From contig MNWW01000066.1 of NCBI GenBank assembly GCA_001871415.1, positions 2,091 to 66,090 on the forward strand: a stretch of 64,000 nucleotides of DNA, read 5' to 3'. Numbering within the stretch: the stretch's first letter is position 1; every line of letters begins with the position of its first letter. Origin of the DNA: Candidatus Woesearchaeota archaeon CG1_02_57_44 (GTDB taxonomy: Archaea; Nanobdellota; Nanobdellia; Woesearchaeales; CG1-02-57-44). This document shows positions 18,975 through 29,608 of this stretch, piece after piece. A program made the position numbers and the translations under genes. Under the pieces are notes generated by a model. The model was not told the origin of the DNA and made no database searches. It saw nothing but the letters and a program-made list of their open reading frames with translations.

Positions 18975-19550
18975 CTAATGCCACACCGTGCTGCCCAAGT
19001 GCCGCTTGACGCTCGCGCGCACCGCGCCTTCATCGTAGCGCGTCGGCACCGGCAGCCACCGATGACTGTACTCGTGCGTTCGCACCTCGTGATATTCTTC
19101 TGGAAAGAAACCTGCGCGCAGCACCACGTAGTTGAAGTCAGGATACGTGAAGCCGAGCAATCCGACGCCCATCTCGGCCGGATGCTTCTCGATGACCCGC
19201 ACACCCAGGATCTGCTCTGAAAAATCCTGCAGCAGCCAGGCGACGGGAAGATATCCATCATACTGCTTCGCCAACCGCTCGATGCCGTCGTCTACTGGAC
19301 GATAGTTCTTGTAGAGATGCTCTGGCCAGAACGGGCCACGGATTGGCGCAGTAGATGACGTATCAGAGGATACGTCAGAGAAGAGCTCCTTGGGAACATA
19401 GCCCGGCAGGATGGCAGGTCGCGCTTGCTTGTCAGACAGGGCCCGCAATGCTTGTTGCATCTGCTGCTCGAGCTCAGAACCCTGCAGGTCTGCCAGAAAT
19501 CCAGGTACGTCGGATACATCGTATTCTGGACAGTGGTGCATATGGCGCAT
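18975..19550 (-). CDS. Hypothetical protein with HExxH metallopeptidase-like motif
   Basis: GLLGFT...EVRTHEYSH...DE. Confidence 0.55.
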   Translation of the reverse strand: MRHMHHCPEYDVSDVPGFLADLQGSELEQQMQQALRALSDKQARPAILPGYVPKELFSDVSSDTSSTAPIRGPFWPEHLYKNYRPVDDGIERLAKQYDGYLPVAWLLQDFSEQILGVRVIEKHPAEMGVGLLGFTYPDFNYVVLRAGFFPEEYHEVRTHEYSHRWLPVPTRYDEGAVRASVKRHLGSTVWH

Positions 19551-19680
19551 GACTGACGATATGGATGTTGCGAGACATAGCGATTATGCAAGTGCAGTAT
19601 AGAGTAGTGTGGCGACATTGGCACACGTCCCTGCACTCTGGCTCACACTCTGCCCTGTACTCTGCCCCGTCCAAGGCCCC

Positions 19681-20172
19681 TTACTGGTTGCGCTGTCGCG
19701 CTAAGTAACCAAGCAGCGTCTGTTGCAATTGCTGGGTCACCTTGTCATTGGGCGACGCGAACACATGCCCTACCAAGTCTTGCCTATACTGGCCCCGCAA
19801 CAAGGGCCCCAACGCGTTTGCGATAGCGACATGGTAGTCCGTGGTGCCATTATGGTCGCTTCCCACAGTCAGGAGATGATGGTCGCAGAACAATTCATTC
19901 GTAGCAGTGCGCGTGGTCACCCTGCTCACCATGCCCCCCCTGCCAGAAATGCGCAGGTGCTCGGGAAGCAGACCTCGGTAGCTGCCACGTCCCACACTCT
20001 GCACCACCTCAGGACATTCATCCGGAGGGGGAAGCTGCCCATTCATGCTCGAGCGCAAGACCTGTTCCAGATCTGCTTCAGGGATGCCGGAATCGCTGAG
20101 CAGCAGGGATGCGGCCACATACACGCCGCCCTGGTTACGTATGATATAGGGGGGAAAAGCCATGCACTTCAT
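19681..20172 (-). CDS. Hypothetical protein
   Basis: 163-aa ORF divergent from the ACT gene, with TTAAAT upstream. Confidence 0.55.
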   Translation of the reverse strand: MKCMAFPPYIIRNQGGVYVAASLLLSDSGIPEADLEQVLRSSMNGQLPPPDECPEVVQSVGRGSYRGLLPEHLRISGRGGMVSRVTTRTATNELFCDHHLLTVGSDHNGTTDYHVAIANALGPLLRGQYRQDLVGHVFASPNDKVTQQLQQTLLGYLARQRNQ

Positions 20173-20246
20173 GAAAAGGGCACATCATTTAAGCATTGTG
20201 ACAGAAAATAGAAAAATAGTTAAATAATAGCACAACATCTATAGAT

Positions 20247-20879
20247 ATGTCACAATTAGAACAAGACTTCAGGCGGTATCTGGCACTGCGCCCTGACGTG
20301 GAACGCTGCTCTGCCGAAGGCCTCATCAACCGGCGCGCGCTCGCCAGGCATCTGGTCAAGCAAGGCATCTCCAAGCCCAAGCAGCTTGAGGCACTCATCG
20401 GCATGCTGCGCAGGCATAAGTTTTCCGGCGTTGACGGGAGTGCGCATCTGCCCACCTTCAGGATCGCCATGAAAGACGGCATCGCCCTCATGGACCTGCC
20501 CCGCGATAACGCTTCCATGAAGGCCCTGCAAGAGGCCATGCGAGCCACTGACTATGACAAGGGCCACACCTTCAAGATGGTAACAGGAACAGCCGGCATC
20601 AAGGCAGTCATGGACACTGACGCCGCAAAAGCGCTTTCACGCAACATCAAGACTGCCGCCACTACCTGGGGCATCACGGAAATCAGCATGCTCTTCGCGG
20701 TGGAGGCAAGAAACACCAAAGGCATTGTCTCAACAGTCGCAACAGAACTCGCGCTGCACGGCATTGTGGTCCAGGAGATACTCACCGCGAGCCCGGAGTT
20801 ATTGCTCTATGTCAGGGACTCTGATGCGCTTTCTGCCCTTGGTGTGCTTCGGACACTTTTACCGCCAGCAACGCGGTGA
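20247..20879 (+). CDS. ACT-domain-containing protein (archaeal, N-terminal helical domain plus ACT)
   Basis: GLINRRALAR N-terminal motif; TKGIVSTVATELALHGIVVQEILTA.PELLLYV ACT-like C-terminus. Confidence 0.75.
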   Translation: MSQLEQDFRRYLALRPDVERCSAEGLINRRALARHLVKQGISKPKQLEALIGMLRRHKFSGVDGSAHLPTFRIAMKDGIALMDLPRDNASMKALQEAMRATDYDKGHTFKMVTGTAGIKAVMDTDAAKALSRNIKTAATTWGITEISMLFAVEARNTKGIVSTVATELALHGIVVQEILTASPELLLYVRDSDALSALGVLRTLLPPATR

Positions 20880-21153
20880 AACCACGAACCTGCGCGATAG
20901 ACAAGGTCATACCATCAGGCAACCTGTTGGCCGCCCTCAACAATGCCAGCAGATCATTAGCTTGGTCCGTCGCACTCTTGCCTTCGATGAATGAACGCAG
21001 GAACTTGACCTTCACCAGTTTGTGACGCTTGAGCTGCCTCGCTATCTCATCCACCACGCCAGGCGATAACCCTGATTTACCGATGCGCACCAGCTGAGGC
21101 GTAACTGCCTGTAGGTTGACGTTGCGACCCGAACGCTGAGACGGATTCCTCAT
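20812..21153 (-). CDS. yhbY: YhbY/CRS1 family RNA-binding protein
   Basis: VRIGKSGLS..VVDEIARQLKRHKLVKVKFL...QVRG. Confidence 0.85.
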   Translation of the reverse strand: MRNPSQRSGRNVNLQAVTPQLVRIGKSGLSPGVVDEIARQLKRHKLVKVKFLRSFIEGKSATDQANDLLALLRAANRLPDGMTLSIAQVRGFTALLAVKVSEAHQGQKAHQSP

Positions 21154-21337
21154 TCAGGCGAGCAGAAGCGCGCCTGCCATAAAAAGCTATTGCATGAATA
21201 CAGAATGAAATGGAATCCATGCAAAGGCCCCGCGGTGTTGACAGTCAACGCCAGACATAGCCCCATGTGCGCATCAGCAATCCTCATCAGCCAGGCCCTT
21301 GCTCCACTCCCAAGCATGCACCCGCTCAAAAAGGACC

Positions 21338-23047
21338 TCATTCAGCAGCGTGCCGATGCCTGCGCTTGAGCTCCTTGATGTGCTCCTTTCGCAGGTGATG
21401 GACGTGCTTGTGGCTCTTACCATGCTTGTGCACGATACCCGCCAGATAGTCCCCTGCGACCAGGTTAGGCAACATCACATAGTGCGCGCCGCGCTCATAT
21501 AGACGCAACGCGTCCTCAATCCAGCTCGCGGTCACGAACAACATGACCTTATGCTCCGACTTCTCTGCCTGCTCGATGAGCAGCTGATTGACATCCAGGT
21601 CAGGGACTGTACTGATGATGACTTTAGGCTTGAACTTGAAGATACGATCGACGATCTCTGGATCCGAGAGGTCGCCATAGATACAGGGCACGCTCTCATG
21701 CCTGAGCCGATGGATGGTCTCAGGATTGTAGTCAACGACCAGAATCTCCTTCTTCTTCTCCTTGAAGCTCTTCAGTATACCGTACCCGGTGCGGTTGTAG
21801 CCGCATAGCACGGCCGAGAATGGCTTCTTGGTATGGAATTCGTCGAACTTGTCAAGGTTCGCGCGGTGCAGGAAAAAAAGACGGTCACGAAGCAACAGAT
21901 AGATGCGGTTAGCGTACCTGATGACATAGGAAGAACTCACAAAGGTGAGCAGCGTCACCAAGGTGATTGCGACCATGTACGTCGCTGGCAGAATATTGGC
22001 CTGGATCGCGATGGGCACCAGGATAAGGGAAAACTCAGAGGTCTGCGCAAGATTGACGCCGGTCAAAAACGATGTTGAGCGGGAGAATCCCAACCTATCT
22101 AGGGTGAGCATCATGGCGAGCGGTTTGAGGATGAGCACCACAGCCAAAAAACTCCAGACGAGGTTCCAGTCAGGCACCTGATAGAGCCCCATGCCAAGCG
22201 CGGCGTAGAACAGGATGATGAAGAAATTACGCACCGGCAACATACGACCCACGATCTCTGGTTTGTAGGGCAATGACGCGAGACTCAATCCAGCGATGAA
22301 CGCGCCGATCTCAATGGAGAATCCCGCAAGCTCAGCTGCGGAGGCAGCGATGAAACAGACGCTCAATGACATGAGGAACAGCAGCTCAGACGAGCGGGCA
22401 GCCACCCGCATCATGGGCGCGAAGACCAGGTCGGAAATGGCAACGATGCTCAGGACCAGCGCCAGCCCCTTAAGCAATGAACGCAGCATGAGCAACGCGC
22501 TGAACTGCTGCAGGCCGGGCAGCATGGCGAGCGCGATGATGGCGATGAAATCCTGGAAGAGCAGGGTTCCTGTGATGATGCGACCATGCAGCGTCGGCAA
22601 CTCCCCCCTGTCAGAGAGCAGCTTGAGCACCACCATGGTGCTGGAAAAAGACAGGATCAATGATAGGTAAGCTCCCGCGGTCGCTGACAACCCCGTCAGC
22701 ATCGCCAGAGGGATCACCACGAGAGCGATAACAACCGTCGGGACCAGCGCGACCAGGAAACTCGGGAGACTGACCCTGTTTATCTTCCTTATCTCCATCT
22801 CCAGGCCCACCACGAAGAGCAGGAACGCGACGCCTATATGAGAGAGGTCAGTCAGGAAGCTCAGGTCTGTCAGGTGGACTAGGTAGCTGATACCAAAGAT
22901 CCTACCGAACGCAAGAATCAGGGGCCCGACCAGGACCCCGGCGAGTATGTATGCAGGAAGCAGTGGCTGGCGCACCCGGTGCATCAGATAGCCAAACAGG
23001 GCTGACAAAATAATGATGGCGGCAATGCCTGCAAAAACGGGTTCCAA
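21338..23047 (-). CDS. CPA2 cation:proton antiporter with C-terminal KTN/TrkA-N domain
   Basis: Many TM helices, LLFVVGLE, SSTMVVLK, FQD, SEFS; C-term GYNRTG, VVDYNP, YGD; TTG start with GAGGTGA SD. Confidence 0.92.
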   Translation of the reverse strand: MEPVFAGIAAIIILSALFGYLMHRVRQPLLPAYILAGVLVGPLILAFGRIFGISYLVHLTDLSFLTDLSHIGVAFLLFVVGLEMEIRKINRVSLPSFLVALVPTVVIALVVIPLAMLTGLSATAGAYLSLILSFSSTMVVLKLLSDRGELPTLHGRIITGTLLFQDFIAIIALAMLPGLQQFSALLMLRSLLKGLALVLSIVAISDLVFAPMMRVAARSSELLFLMSLSVCFIAASAAELAGFSIEIGAFIAGLSLASLPYKPEIVGRMLPVRNFFIILFYAALGMGLYQVPDWNLVWSFLAVVLILKPLAMMLTLDRLGFSRSTSFLTGVNLAQTSEFSLILVPIAIQANILPATYMVAITLVTLLTFVSSSYVIRYANRIYLLLRDRLFFLHRANLDKFDEFHTKKPFSAVLCGYNRTGYGILKSFKEKKKEILVVDYNPETIHRLRHESVPCIYGDLSDPEIVDRIFKFKPKVIISTVPDLDVNQLLIEQAEKSEHKVMLFVTASWIEDALRLYERGAHYVMLPNLVAGDYLAGIVHKHGKSHKHVHHLRKEHIKELKRRHRHAAE

Positions 23048-23237
23048 TGGGTCACCTCTTAGCTACAATTCCAGAGGAACGGCTTTAAATATGTTTTTAT
23101 TGCGCAGGCTTAGCAGTAAGTACTCGATTCGCTCGGACACCAGTCATGACCAATGCATGCCAGTATATGCTAACGTCCCGTAGGTCGAAGAGCAAGAAGG
23201 AACTGCAATAGACCTGCCGGCACTCCATAGCAGGCAA

Positions 23238-23281
23238 AGGAAGAAACAAAAGAAATAAGGGAAGAAAACAAGGAAAAAAGG
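23238..23281 (-). terminator. Oligo-T/pyrimidine tract after sepF
   Basis: Several T-runs on the minus strand directly after the sepF stop. Confidence 0.45.
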
Positions 23282-23300
23282 GTTCGCCTGCTGACGATAC

Positions 23301-23711
23301 TCACTCGTCTGAGTCTTCCAGATCCGCCTGAGCCGCTGTCGGCTGCTTGCCGCGATGAATCTCGGCGAACGCAGGGGCGATGACCAGCCAGTCCTCACCA
23401 AAGCCCGCGATATCGCCATTCATGGCCTCAGCAGTCTTCTTGAGCTTGTTGACCGCACGCTTGAGCTCAACGATGTCTTTGTCCTTGAGCGGCGCGATAT
23501 TGAGCAGCACAATAGTGTAACCTGCGCGCAGGGCGTCAAGCACGGGCTTGACATCCTCAAAGCTCTCCAGCATGAAGGGCTTAATGATTATCTTAGCCTT
23601 CTTGTCTTGTATCTCGCTGGCCTCAAGCTCCAGGAAGCCACCGTCTGCTTCAAGCGTCTCTGACTCTGACGCTGAAAATGTATCCTTTAGTTTGGAAAGG
23701 AAATTTTTCAT
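23301..23711 (-). CDS. sepF: Cell division protein SepF (DUF552)
   Basis: N-terminal amphipathic MKNFLSKLK; LDALRAGYTIVLLNI..LK...ELKRAVNKLKK...GDIAG. Confidence 0.88.
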   Translation of the reverse strand: MKNFLSKLKDTFSASESETLEADGGFLELEASEIQDKKAKIIIKPFMLESFEDVKPVLDALRAGYTIVLLNIAPLKDKDIVELKRAVNKLKKTAEAMNGDIAGFGEDWLVIAPAFAEIHRGKQPTAAQADLEDSDE

Positions 23712-23947
23712 GGACAATCCCTCCGGCCCTTACTACTGGTGCATACTACCAGTTTCTACACTTACCATGCACCCCCATATATTTATAGTTTTAGGTATGA
23801 TTATTGAAAGCAGCAACCATTCGTCACCGATGAGTCATTCGTAAGGAGACTTCAACATATGCGCGACATCGGCTCGATACCCTGCAGATGCGTCCATACG
23901 CAGGCATCATGCCTGAAAACTGCCGCCATCACTGCATCGCAGCACAC

Positions 23948-24526
23948 TTATTTTGGTAATTGGGCAATGATATCTGCGACAACCAGTTCAGGCGCCTTAT
24001 ACGTGGTATCCACCACCAGGTCGAAGTTTGACTCATCGTAGGGGTCAAGACCATAATATGCATGGTAGCGCTTGCGCTCGGATTGCTCGCGCTGGCGCAT
24101 GAGCGCCACCTGCTCGTCCATGCCTGCCGCCCGCTCTGTCTCACGATTATCGCCAAGGATGCGCTGCGCGCGCACCTGCTCATCCGCGACCAGGAACACC
24201 TTGAACGCGTCATGCACAAAGTGCCAGCCAAGCCTGCTGTCCAGCACGAATGATGGATGGCTTTTTCCCATGGCTGACTGACGCTCATCGAGCGCCTGGT
24301 CTATCTCCCGACCTTGTTCAGCCACTTTGGAGAACTCGGCCAAGCTCATGCCCCGCTCCTGGGCCATCTCGCGCATGAAATCACCTGAACTGAAGTGGGG
24401 AACGCGCAGCCTCGCGGCGAGCATCTTTGCCACGGTACTCTTTCCCGTGCCCGCCTGGCCGCTGAGCACCACGCGCAGGCCTGGATGAGCTGCATGAGTC
24501 GAATCTAAAGGCATGTTTTCTGTCAT
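23948..24526 (-). CDS. cmk: Cytidylate kinase (archaeal type)
   Basis: SGQAGTGKST, SSGDFMREMA.ERGMSL, IDQALD, DSRL, REQSERKRY..YYG. Confidence 0.9.
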   Translation of the reverse strand: MTENMPLDSTHAAHPGLRVVLSGQAGTGKSTVAKMLAARLRVPHFSSGDFMREMAQERGMSLAEFSKVAEQGREIDQALDERQSAMGKSHPSFVLDSRLGWHFVHDAFKVFLVADEQVRAQRILGDNRETERAAGMDEQVALMRQREQSERKRYHAYYGLDPYDESNFDLVVDTTYKAPELVVADIIAQLPK

Positions 24527-24730
24527 GGCATGCAGTGGTCAGGTCAGGTTGAAAAAGGTTTTGGGACGTGCGACGAATACCAGCGCTATTTACGGAGACT
24601 ACAGCACAACAGGAGTCGCCAATATCCCCGTTTCCTGACCTGACCCGTATTCAACCCATATGCCATCCACGCCCACCATCAGAGACTGACATAAGCAACC
24701 TTTTTAAATCACTACGCATTGCGAAGGAGC

Positions 24731-26077
24731 GTGAACGACACACAATTATTCCTCAGGAGCGTGCGCATCCTTCTGGACAAGAACAGCAAAGACAAGCTTG
24801 TTGAGTTCCTCAAGCGCCTTCACCCCGCTGATATCGCTGATGTGCTTGACCGTCTGCCAGACCAGGACAAATACAAGGTATTCGCGGTGCTGGACACGCA
24901 GGTCGCGGCAGAGGTCATTGCCGAAGCCAACAACCTGACCCGCGATGCGCTTCTCGACCGCCTCGGCAAGAACAGGCTGACCGCCATCGTCGATGACCTG
25001 GAGTCAGACGACGCCGCGGACCTCATGCAGGAGCTTACTGACGAAAAGCAGGACGCGGTCCTCAATGAGCTGCCCAAGAATGAAGCCCGTCGTCTGCGGC
25101 GCATCCTCAAGTATCCTGAAGGAACAGCGGGAAGCATCATGCAGTTTGAATACCTGGCAGTCGACCAGGGCATGACTGTCGACGAGGCGCTCAAAGCCAT
25201 CAGGAGCAAGTCCAAGAATATCGAAGACATCCACAATGTCTTTGTCACACAGGAAAACCTGCTTGTCGGCCTCATCCCGCTGCACAGCCTCATCGTCTCA
25301 GAACCCAAGACGCGCATCGCCAGCATCATGGAACCTGACGTGGTCACGGTCAAGGTGGATGATGACCAGGAATACGTCGCGGCGTTGTTTCGCAAGTACG
25401 ACCTCATCTCGCTCGCGGTCGTTGATCAGGACAAGCGCATCGTCGGCCGTATCACGGTAGACGATATCCTTGAGGTCGTAGAGGAAGAGAGCACCGAAGA
25501 TATCTACAAGCTCGCAGGACTGTCATCAGACGAGAACGTCCTGGATCGACCGTTCGCGTCTGTGCGTCGACGGCTTCCGTGGCTGCTCATCAATCTTGCC
25601 ACAGCATTTCTCGCCGCGAGCGTAGTCAACGCATTCCAGGGCACCATCTCCGCGCTTGTCGTGCTGGCCGTCTTCATGCCCATCATCGCGGGCATGGGCG
25701 GAAACGCTGGCACGCAGAGCCTCACCGTCATGGTGCGCGGCATCGCGCTCGGTCACGTGAATCCTGAGATGGTGCGAAAGATACTCCATAAGGAGCTTAT
25801 CGCGGCGCTCGTCAACGGCATCACGGTCGGCATCATCCTCGCCATTGCCTCATATGTCTGGAAGGGCAACCTGCTCCTGAGCATGATGGCGTTCTTCGCC
25901 ATGATAATCACCCTGCTCGTCGCCGCCGCTGTCGGCAGCATGGTCCCGCTCATCCTCAAAGCGCTCAAGATAGATCCAGCCTTAGCATCAAGCGTCATCG
26001 TCACCACGTTCACGGATGTTGTCGGATTCCTGTCCTTCCTGGGTCTCGCCTCCATCGCACTGCACTACTTGGCGTAG
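24731..26077 (+). CDS. mgtE: Magnesium transporter MgtE
   Basis: LHPADIA, DDAAD, YPEGTAGSIM, CBS pair, RLPWL, GMGGNAGTQ, DPALAS, TTFTD. Confidence 0.96.
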   Translation: MNDTQLFLRSVRILLDKNSKDKLVEFLKRLHPADIADVLDRLPDQDKYKVFAVLDTQVAAEVIAEANNLTRDALLDRLGKNRLTAIVDDLESDDAADLMQELTDEKQDAVLNELPKNEARRLRRILKYPEGTAGSIMQFEYLAVDQGMTVDEALKAIRSKSKNIEDIHNVFVTQENLLVGLIPLHSLIVSEPKTRIASIMEPDVVTVKVDDDQEYVAALFRKYDLISLAVVDQDKRIVGRITVDDILEVVEEESTEDIYKLAGLSSDENVLDRPFASVRRRLPWLLINLATAFLAASVVNAFQGTISALVVLAVFMPIIAGMGGNAGTQSLTVMVRGIALGHVNPEMVRKILHKELIAALVNGITVGIILAIASYVWKGNLLLSMMAFFAMIITLLVAAAVGSMVPLILKALKIDPALASSVIVTTFTDVVGFLSFLGLASIALHYLA

Positions 26078-26105
26078 CGCGCAGGAGCAACCCTTCGTAC
26101 CTACC

Positions 26106-27128
26106 ATGAAACAGCCCATCTGCATCGGCATCGAGAGCACGGCCCACACGTTCGGAGTCGGCATCGTGAGAGGCAAAAGCATCCTTGCCAATGCGCGCGA
26201 TGCGTACACCACAGAGCAAGGAGGCATCAACCCATCTGACGCCCGCGCGCACCACGAGGCGGTCAAGCAGACTGTGCTCGACAAGGCGCTGGAGCAGGCA
26301 GGCATCAGATTGCAGGATGCCACGCTCATCGCCTTCAGCCAGGGACCTGGACTTCCGCCCTGCCTTGTCGTGGGCCTGGAGTTCGCCCGGCACCTGGGAA
26401 GGACGCTACGGTTGCCTGTTGTCGGTGTCAATCACTGTGTCGCTCATCTGGAGATAGCGCGGCTCGCCACTCCCGCAAAAGACCCGGTGCTGCTGTACGC
26501 CAGCGGCGCGAACACGCAAGTCATCGCCTATGAGGGCAATACGTATAGGGTCTTTGGCGAGACCCTTGACCAGGGCATCGGTAATTTTCTGGACCAGTTC
26601 GCAAGGCATCTTGGCCTCGGGTTTCCAGGAGGCCCTAAGATCGAGGCGCTCGCCGCGCAGGGCAGTACCTACATCCCCTTGCCCTACGCGGTCAAGGGTA
26701 TGGATGTCAGCTTCTCCGGCATGCTCACCAACCTCAAGCAGAAAAGTGTGCGCAAGGACGGCCAAGGCAGGTATGTCAATGCCAAAGGCGACCGCTACGC
26801 TGTGGAGAACCTATGCTATTCACTGCAGGAGACCGCGTTCGCCATGCTGATTGAAGTCGCTGAGCGCGCCATGGCCCACTGCCGCAAGAAAGAGCTCGCT
26901 CTTGGCGGGGGGGTCGCCTGCAATAGCAGGCTGCAGGCCATGGCCGCAAGCATGTGCCAGGAGCGAGGCGCCAGATACTACTGTCCAGAGCGTTCCCTGC
27001 TCGTCGACAACGGCGCCATGATCGCCTGGCTTGGCATCCTGGCTAAGGAGCACGCGACCACAGACTACGCTTCCCTGGACATCCTGCCTCGTTGGCGCAC
27101 TGACCAAGTGGAAGTTTCCTGGCGATGA
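26106..27128 (+). CDS. kae1: tRNA N6-threonylcarbamoyladenosine synthesis protein Kae1/TsaD
   Basis: GIESTAHTFG, HH, FSQGPGL, VNHCVAHLE, SGANTQ, GETLD, DNGAMI, WRTDQV. Confidence 0.96.
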   Translation: MKQPICIGIESTAHTFGVGIVRGKSILANARDAYTTEQGGINPSDARAHHEAVKQTVLDKALEQAGIRLQDATLIAFSQGPGLPPCLVVGLEFARHLGRTLRLPVVGVNHCVAHLEIARLATPAKDPVLLYASGANTQVIAYEGNTYRVFGETLDQGIGNFLDQFARHLGLGFPGGPKIEALAAQGSTYIPLPYAVKGMDVSFSGMLTNLKQKSVRKDGQGRYVNAKGDRYAVENLCYSLQETAFAMLIEVAERAMAHCRKKELALGGGVACNSRLQAMAASMCQERGARYYCPERSLLVDNGAMIAWLGILAKEHATTDYASLDILPRWRTDQVEVSWR

Positions 27129-27308
27129 GTAGATGCCATGACAGGACGATTCTGATAAGGGTGCATCCTTCCCAGGATATCTTCTTATCTTCTCTGTTGC
27201 CTTATGCGCGTCATAACTTTACACCGGAAACAAATCACCCTAAAACCCCCACACTTCGGATAGCGCCAACAAAACATTTTTATGTACGACTAGCCGTGCG
27301 ATGGATAC

Positions 27309-27863
27309 ATGACATCGCCTGATGAACCAAGCATCCTGCAGGAGCAACCATGCCCGGTCTGCGGCAAGAATACGCTGACGCTCACCGAAGCCGAAAGGGA
27401 CATCCCGTTCTTCGGCAGAGCATACCTGTTCTCCATGGACTGCTCTGACTGCAACTACCACAAGGCAGATGTGGAACTATCGGAGCAGAAGGAACCCTGC
27501 AAAATTCAATTCGAGGTCAGCCAGGAGCAAGACCTGCAGGTCCGGGTGGTCAAGTCCTCAGAGGCAACGGTCAAGATACCCCACATCATGACCATAACGC
27601 CAGGCCCCAGCAGCAATGGGTATGTCACCAATATCGAAGGGATCCTGAACAGGGTCCGGCGCATGATAGAAACCGCGCGCGACACAGAAGAGGATGACGC
27701 TATCCGCAAGAAGGCTAAGAGTCATCTCAAGCACATCAACCGCGCGCTCATGGGTCAAGAACCCCTTAAAATAACGCTGGAAGACCCTACGGGCAATTCA
27801 GCCATCATCTCTGACAAAGCGAAGGTCAGCGCGCTCAAAGGCGCCGGCAGCCCATCAGGATAA
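27309..27863 (+). CDS. ZPR1 zinc-finger domain protein
   Basis: CPVCG, IPFFG, CSDCNY, VVKSS, TNIEGIL, LEDPTGNSAI. Confidence 0.93.
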   Translation: MTSPDEPSILQEQPCPVCGKNTLTLTEAERDIPFFGRAYLFSMDCSDCNYHKADVELSEQKEPCKIQFEVSQEQDLQVRVVKSSEATVKIPHIMTITPGPSSNGYVTNIEGILNRVRRMIETARDTEEDDAIRKKAKSHLKHINRALMGQEPLKITLEDPTGNSAIISDKAKVSALKGAGSPSG

Positions 27864-27957
27864 ACGCGAATGAACAGGGAAGGCCTTTTGACACGCTGTC
27901 GCCTCTGCCATTCTTGACCACGCAAAACTTATAAAGCCATATCGCCAGAATACCAAC

Positions 27958-29505
27958 ATGGCTGCGGGAACTGCAACTGACGCGCAAAAGCGCCTTGTCC
28001 GCTATGGATTCATCAAACCAGCCATGCGAGCCAAATTCAAGGAAAACTATGAAGGAAAGCCCCGCAAGGAGATAGACAAGATCGACGGGACGCTGATAGG
28101 GCAGCTCGCGGATGAAGAAGAAGCGGAAGAAGAGCGCTATATCAGGAGGACCACCGGATACCCCACACCCAGCAAACGCTACCGGGTGATCCTGGAATCC
28201 TTCCAGCAGAGCATCGAGGAATCCTATTTCTGGATACTTGACTACCTGCGCGTGGATCTGTCCTTTCAGGTTGAAAAAATAGTCGACGCGTTCAGCGCCT
28301 CGGAGAACAGCGCGTTCTTTGGCGTGGTACAGCAGCGCATTGGCCTGCAGCAGGAAAAAGTCTCCGCGTTCCTGGCCACCATCGGCAAGATGACGCGTGA
28401 GCTCTTCCAGCTTGTGCGCGAGCTTCGCATTCTTGACGAGCGCCTGAGCATCTATAACGCCAGCATGGGCATCGGCACGGAGGAGAAGAAAAAAAGCGAA
28501 GCAGCGGAGATCACGCTCAAAGGCTACTGGATAGATCTGGTCGAAGGAGGCGCCAAGAATCCCGCGTCGGTCTATGGCATGAGCCGGGATCTTGGATTCA
28601 TGACCCTTCCTGACCTGTTCTTTTCCGCGCCATCCCTTGAGCCAGGAAAGGTCGATGAATACGTGGACAAGCTTGACTTCAATCGCAAGATACGCGAGGT
28701 GCTCAAACGCAAGCTGCACACCTTCGCGGAGTGGAAAAAGCACACCTACGCTGAACTTAAGACAAGGCGACAATTCACGCTGAAATACTTGCGCCAGCAC
28801 TTCAATATCATCCGCATGTACATGGCCTGGGTGAAGCCATACTTGCACAATCTCAAACGTCTCGCGCTTGATCAAGACAAGACAGAGACACCCGACCTTA
28901 TCACCGCGTTTGAAGGCTCTGTCCTCGAAATAGAGATACTGGGAAGGACCAAGGCGGCAGGCAAGTATTTTCCCTGCATCCTGGTCAGTCTACTGTATCG
29001 CTCACGACCGAGCATGTCGTATCAGCAGGAAGGCTACCAGCGAGGCCCCATCCATGTGGGACGGATAGATATCAAGATGCGCGCCTACGCCTGGACGCAG
29101 ACGGACATTGACAATTACAAGAAGATGCGCAGCGATGAGGACATGGAACTGCTCAGCATGATAGACGGTTCAGTCAAGGCCGCTATGGAAGCGCTTGGCG
29201 ATGAGCTTGAAAAATACCTCAAGGAAGCTGAAGAGACCTACGAGTTTGACAAACCCCTTGCGGAAGTCAAGGAAAAGCCACAGCCAAAAAGCGTCGCAGA
29301 CCCCTTCATCTCAGTCTTCAAGGGTTTTGGAGAGATGTTTGGCACCATCATCCCTGTCGGAAATAAGGATAAGAAAACGCGTATTGACAAGAATGACCTG
29401 TATAGGCTTTCATTGAACAAGAAGGACGCGATCGATACTGCTCATTCCCGGATGTGGCGCCTGTATAAGATCTACAAAAAAGCCCACAAGATGCTCAGCT
29501 GGTAG
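27958..29505 (+). CDS. Hypothetical protein (515 aa, charged, helical)
   Basis: Long ORF with native-like codon usage and CTTATAAAG promoter about 25 nt upstream; no recognised catalytic motif. Confidence 0.85.
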   Translation: MAAGTATDAQKRLVRYGFIKPAMRAKFKENYEGKPRKEIDKIDGTLIGQLADEEEAEEERYIRRTTGYPTPSKRYRVILESFQQSIEESYFWILDYLRVDLSFQVEKIVDAFSASENSAFFGVVQQRIGLQQEKVSAFLATIGKMTRELFQLVRELRILDERLSIYNASMGIGTEEKKKSEAAEITLKGYWIDLVEGGAKNPASVYGMSRDLGFMTLPDLFFSAPSLEPGKVDEYVDKLDFNRKIREVLKRKLHTFAEWKKHTYAELKTRRQFTLKYLRQHFNIIRMYMAWVKPYLHNLKRLALDQDKTETPDLITAFEGSVLEIEILGRTKAAGKYFPCILVSLLYRSRPSMSYQQEGYQRGPIHVGRIDIKMRAYAWTQTDIDNYKKMRSDEDMELLSMIDGSVKAAMEALGDELEKYLKEAEETYEFDKPLAEVKEKPQPKSVADPFISVFKGFGEMFGTIIPVGNKDKKTRIDKNDLYRLSLNKKDAIDTAHSRMWRLYKIYKKAHKMLSW

Positions 29506-29608
29506 CTCGGCACACGGATATGTTTCTGCGATAGAGAAAGAAGCAGAGCGATTTGAAGCGTATACCAGGGTCTAAAGAATTTTAAACTTCGCTTCCAACC
29601 TACCCACT

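Noticed and set aside
20812..20879. Convergent 3' overlap of the ACT gene and yhbY (also NFACT and nnrD)
   Set aside because: Short tail-to-tail overlaps are common in compact GC-rich genomes
27835..28875. 346-aa minus-strand ORF
   Set aside because: Antisense shadow of the 515-aa gene, which has a promoter and normal composition
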